This document shows, in pieces, positions 63,311 to 64,000 of a stretch of 64,000 nt of DNA (its first letter is position 1; every line of letters begins with the position of its first letter). Location: the NCBI GenBank assembly GCA_964465685.1, contig CAYXKK010000008.1:4121-68120 (forward strand), in the 5' to 3' direction. The notes under the pieces were generated by a model that saw only the letters and a list, made by a program, of their open reading frames with translations, was not told where the DNA came from and made no database searches. The stretch is from an uncultured Melioribacter sp. (GTDB taxonomy: Bacteria > Bacteroidota > Ignavibacteria > Kapaibacteriales > Kapaibacteriaceae). The position numbers and the translations under genes are program-made.

Positions 63311-64000
63311 ATGTTTTTGCGTTACGCTGCAGATTGGCGAACAGTTGCCTATATGGCCGTCACCACGGCTGTGTTCATCCTGCAATGGACAGTCGTTGGG
63401 TTTCATCCAGCACTCTACGTGCTCTATCTGTTCCTCTCGATTGCGGTTACTGTGATCGCACATAACCACAATCACCTTCCGATGTTCAAGACACCGCTCT
63501 TGAACTCGCTGACTGATTACTGGCTGACGGTGTTTTACGGGTTCCCTGCTTTTGCATGGATTCCGACGCACAACATGAACCACCATCGTCTGAACAACAA
63601 GGAAGGCGATTACACGATCACGTATCGTATCACGGAAAACAACACGCTGCTCATGCTGCTGCTTTATCCAACGATGAGCTCATACTATCAGCAAAAGCCA
63701 ATCCGTGACTATCTCAAGAACCTCTGGCGTGGCGACCGTCGCAAGTGGGCGCTCGCGGCTGGACAGTATGCATTCCTCGGCATCTGGATCGCAGCGTTTC
63801 TGATCCTCGACTGGCAGAAAGCCCTCCTCTACGTCATCATCCCGCAGCAGGTTGGTCTCTTCGCAGTGCTCGTCTTCAACTATGTCCAGCACGTGCATGC
63901 AGATGAAGAGTCAGAGTTCAACCACTCACGTAACTTCACGGGATGGCTGAACCTCCTGCTGTTCAACAACGGTTACCACACTGTTCACCATGATCGTGCG
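63311..64000 (+). CDS. Membrane fatty-acid-desaturase-family protein, 3'-truncated by the window edge (not in the ORF track)
   Basis: Hand translation from ATG 63311 is open to base 64000 (230 codons). Three His boxes are present: HNHNH, HNMNHH and HTVHH (in NNGYHTVHH), with TM segments between them. Confidence 0.8.
   Translation, partial: MFLRYAADWRTVAYMAVTTAVFILQWTVVGFHPALYVLYLFLSIAVTVIAHNHNHLPMFKTPLLNSLTDYWLTVFYGFPAFAWIPTHNMNHHRLNNKEGDYTITYRITENNTLLMLLLYPTMSSYYQQKPIRDYLKNLWRGDRRKWALAAGQYAFLGIWIAAFLILDWQKALLYVIIPQQVGLFAVLVFNYVQHVHADEESEFNHSRNFTGWLNLLLFNNGYHTVHHDRA

Noticed and set aside
1-64000. CRISPR arrays, transposases, integrases, phage or plasmid genes, toxin-antitoxin pairs, restriction-modification or other recognisable defence systems.
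   Set aside because: I found no regularly spaced direct repeats and no ORF with recombinase, nuclease-helicase, reverse-transcriptase or methylase-endonuclease signatures. The window reads as core chromosome plus surface-protein loci.
63311-64000. The desaturase-family gene as a carotenoid ketolase or hydroxylase (CrtW/CrtZ) supplying an antenna carotenoid.
   Set aside because: Its His boxes (HNHNH, HNMNHH, HTVHH) fit the general membrane desaturase superfamily but not the CrtW boxes as I remember them. The gene is truncated, so it is called only at family level.

Overview
The window is a chromosomal segment from a T9SS-bearing FCB-group bacterium (Bacteroidota / Ignavibacteriota / Kapabacteria-like); I cannot place it more precisely. 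It is densely coding, with about 58 CDS and one tRNA-Phe. I saw no rRNA, CRISPR array, transposase, integrase or phage genes.

Layout:
- 1-9.4 kb: five same-strand secreted proteins that all end in type-A T9SS sorting domains. Several have cohesin-like segments and one has dockerin-like segments.
- 9.4-15.9 kb: a glycosyltransferase / methyltransferase islet with two outer-membrane barrels.
- 15.9-25.7 kb: housekeeping genes (mutY-like, cdd, MFS, guaA, DJ-1, metG, ftsL, ftsI).
- 25.8-31 kb: two large unknown envelope proteins and an ECF sigma / anti-sigma pair.
- 32.2-33.0 kb: a green-tuned DTE proteorhodopsin. Its retinal genes crtY-blh sit 6.5 kb away at 39.5-41.4 kb, at the tail of a minus-strand array led by a poly-glycine T9SS cargo.
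- 47-56 kb: a T9SS cargo, a cystatin-like lipoprotein, a DUF3050 protein, a TonB-dependent receptor and an ArsM pair.
- 56.1-63.2 kb: a tightly overlapped seven-gene minus-strand operon. It encodes an MbnP-like WxW protein with a T9SS tail, two MauG/MbnH-like di-haem enzymes, a T9SS-tagged serine hydrolase, a VanX-type dipeptidase and two envelope proteins.

No single feature is an unambiguous novel system. The strongest candidates are the MbnP/MbnH-like operon, the poly-glycine cargo, the cohesin/dockerin-like cargo array, and a 39-aa Cys-rich secreted peptide that the ORF track reports only inside a longer 65-aa ORF.

All homology calls come from motif recognition by eye, not from searches.
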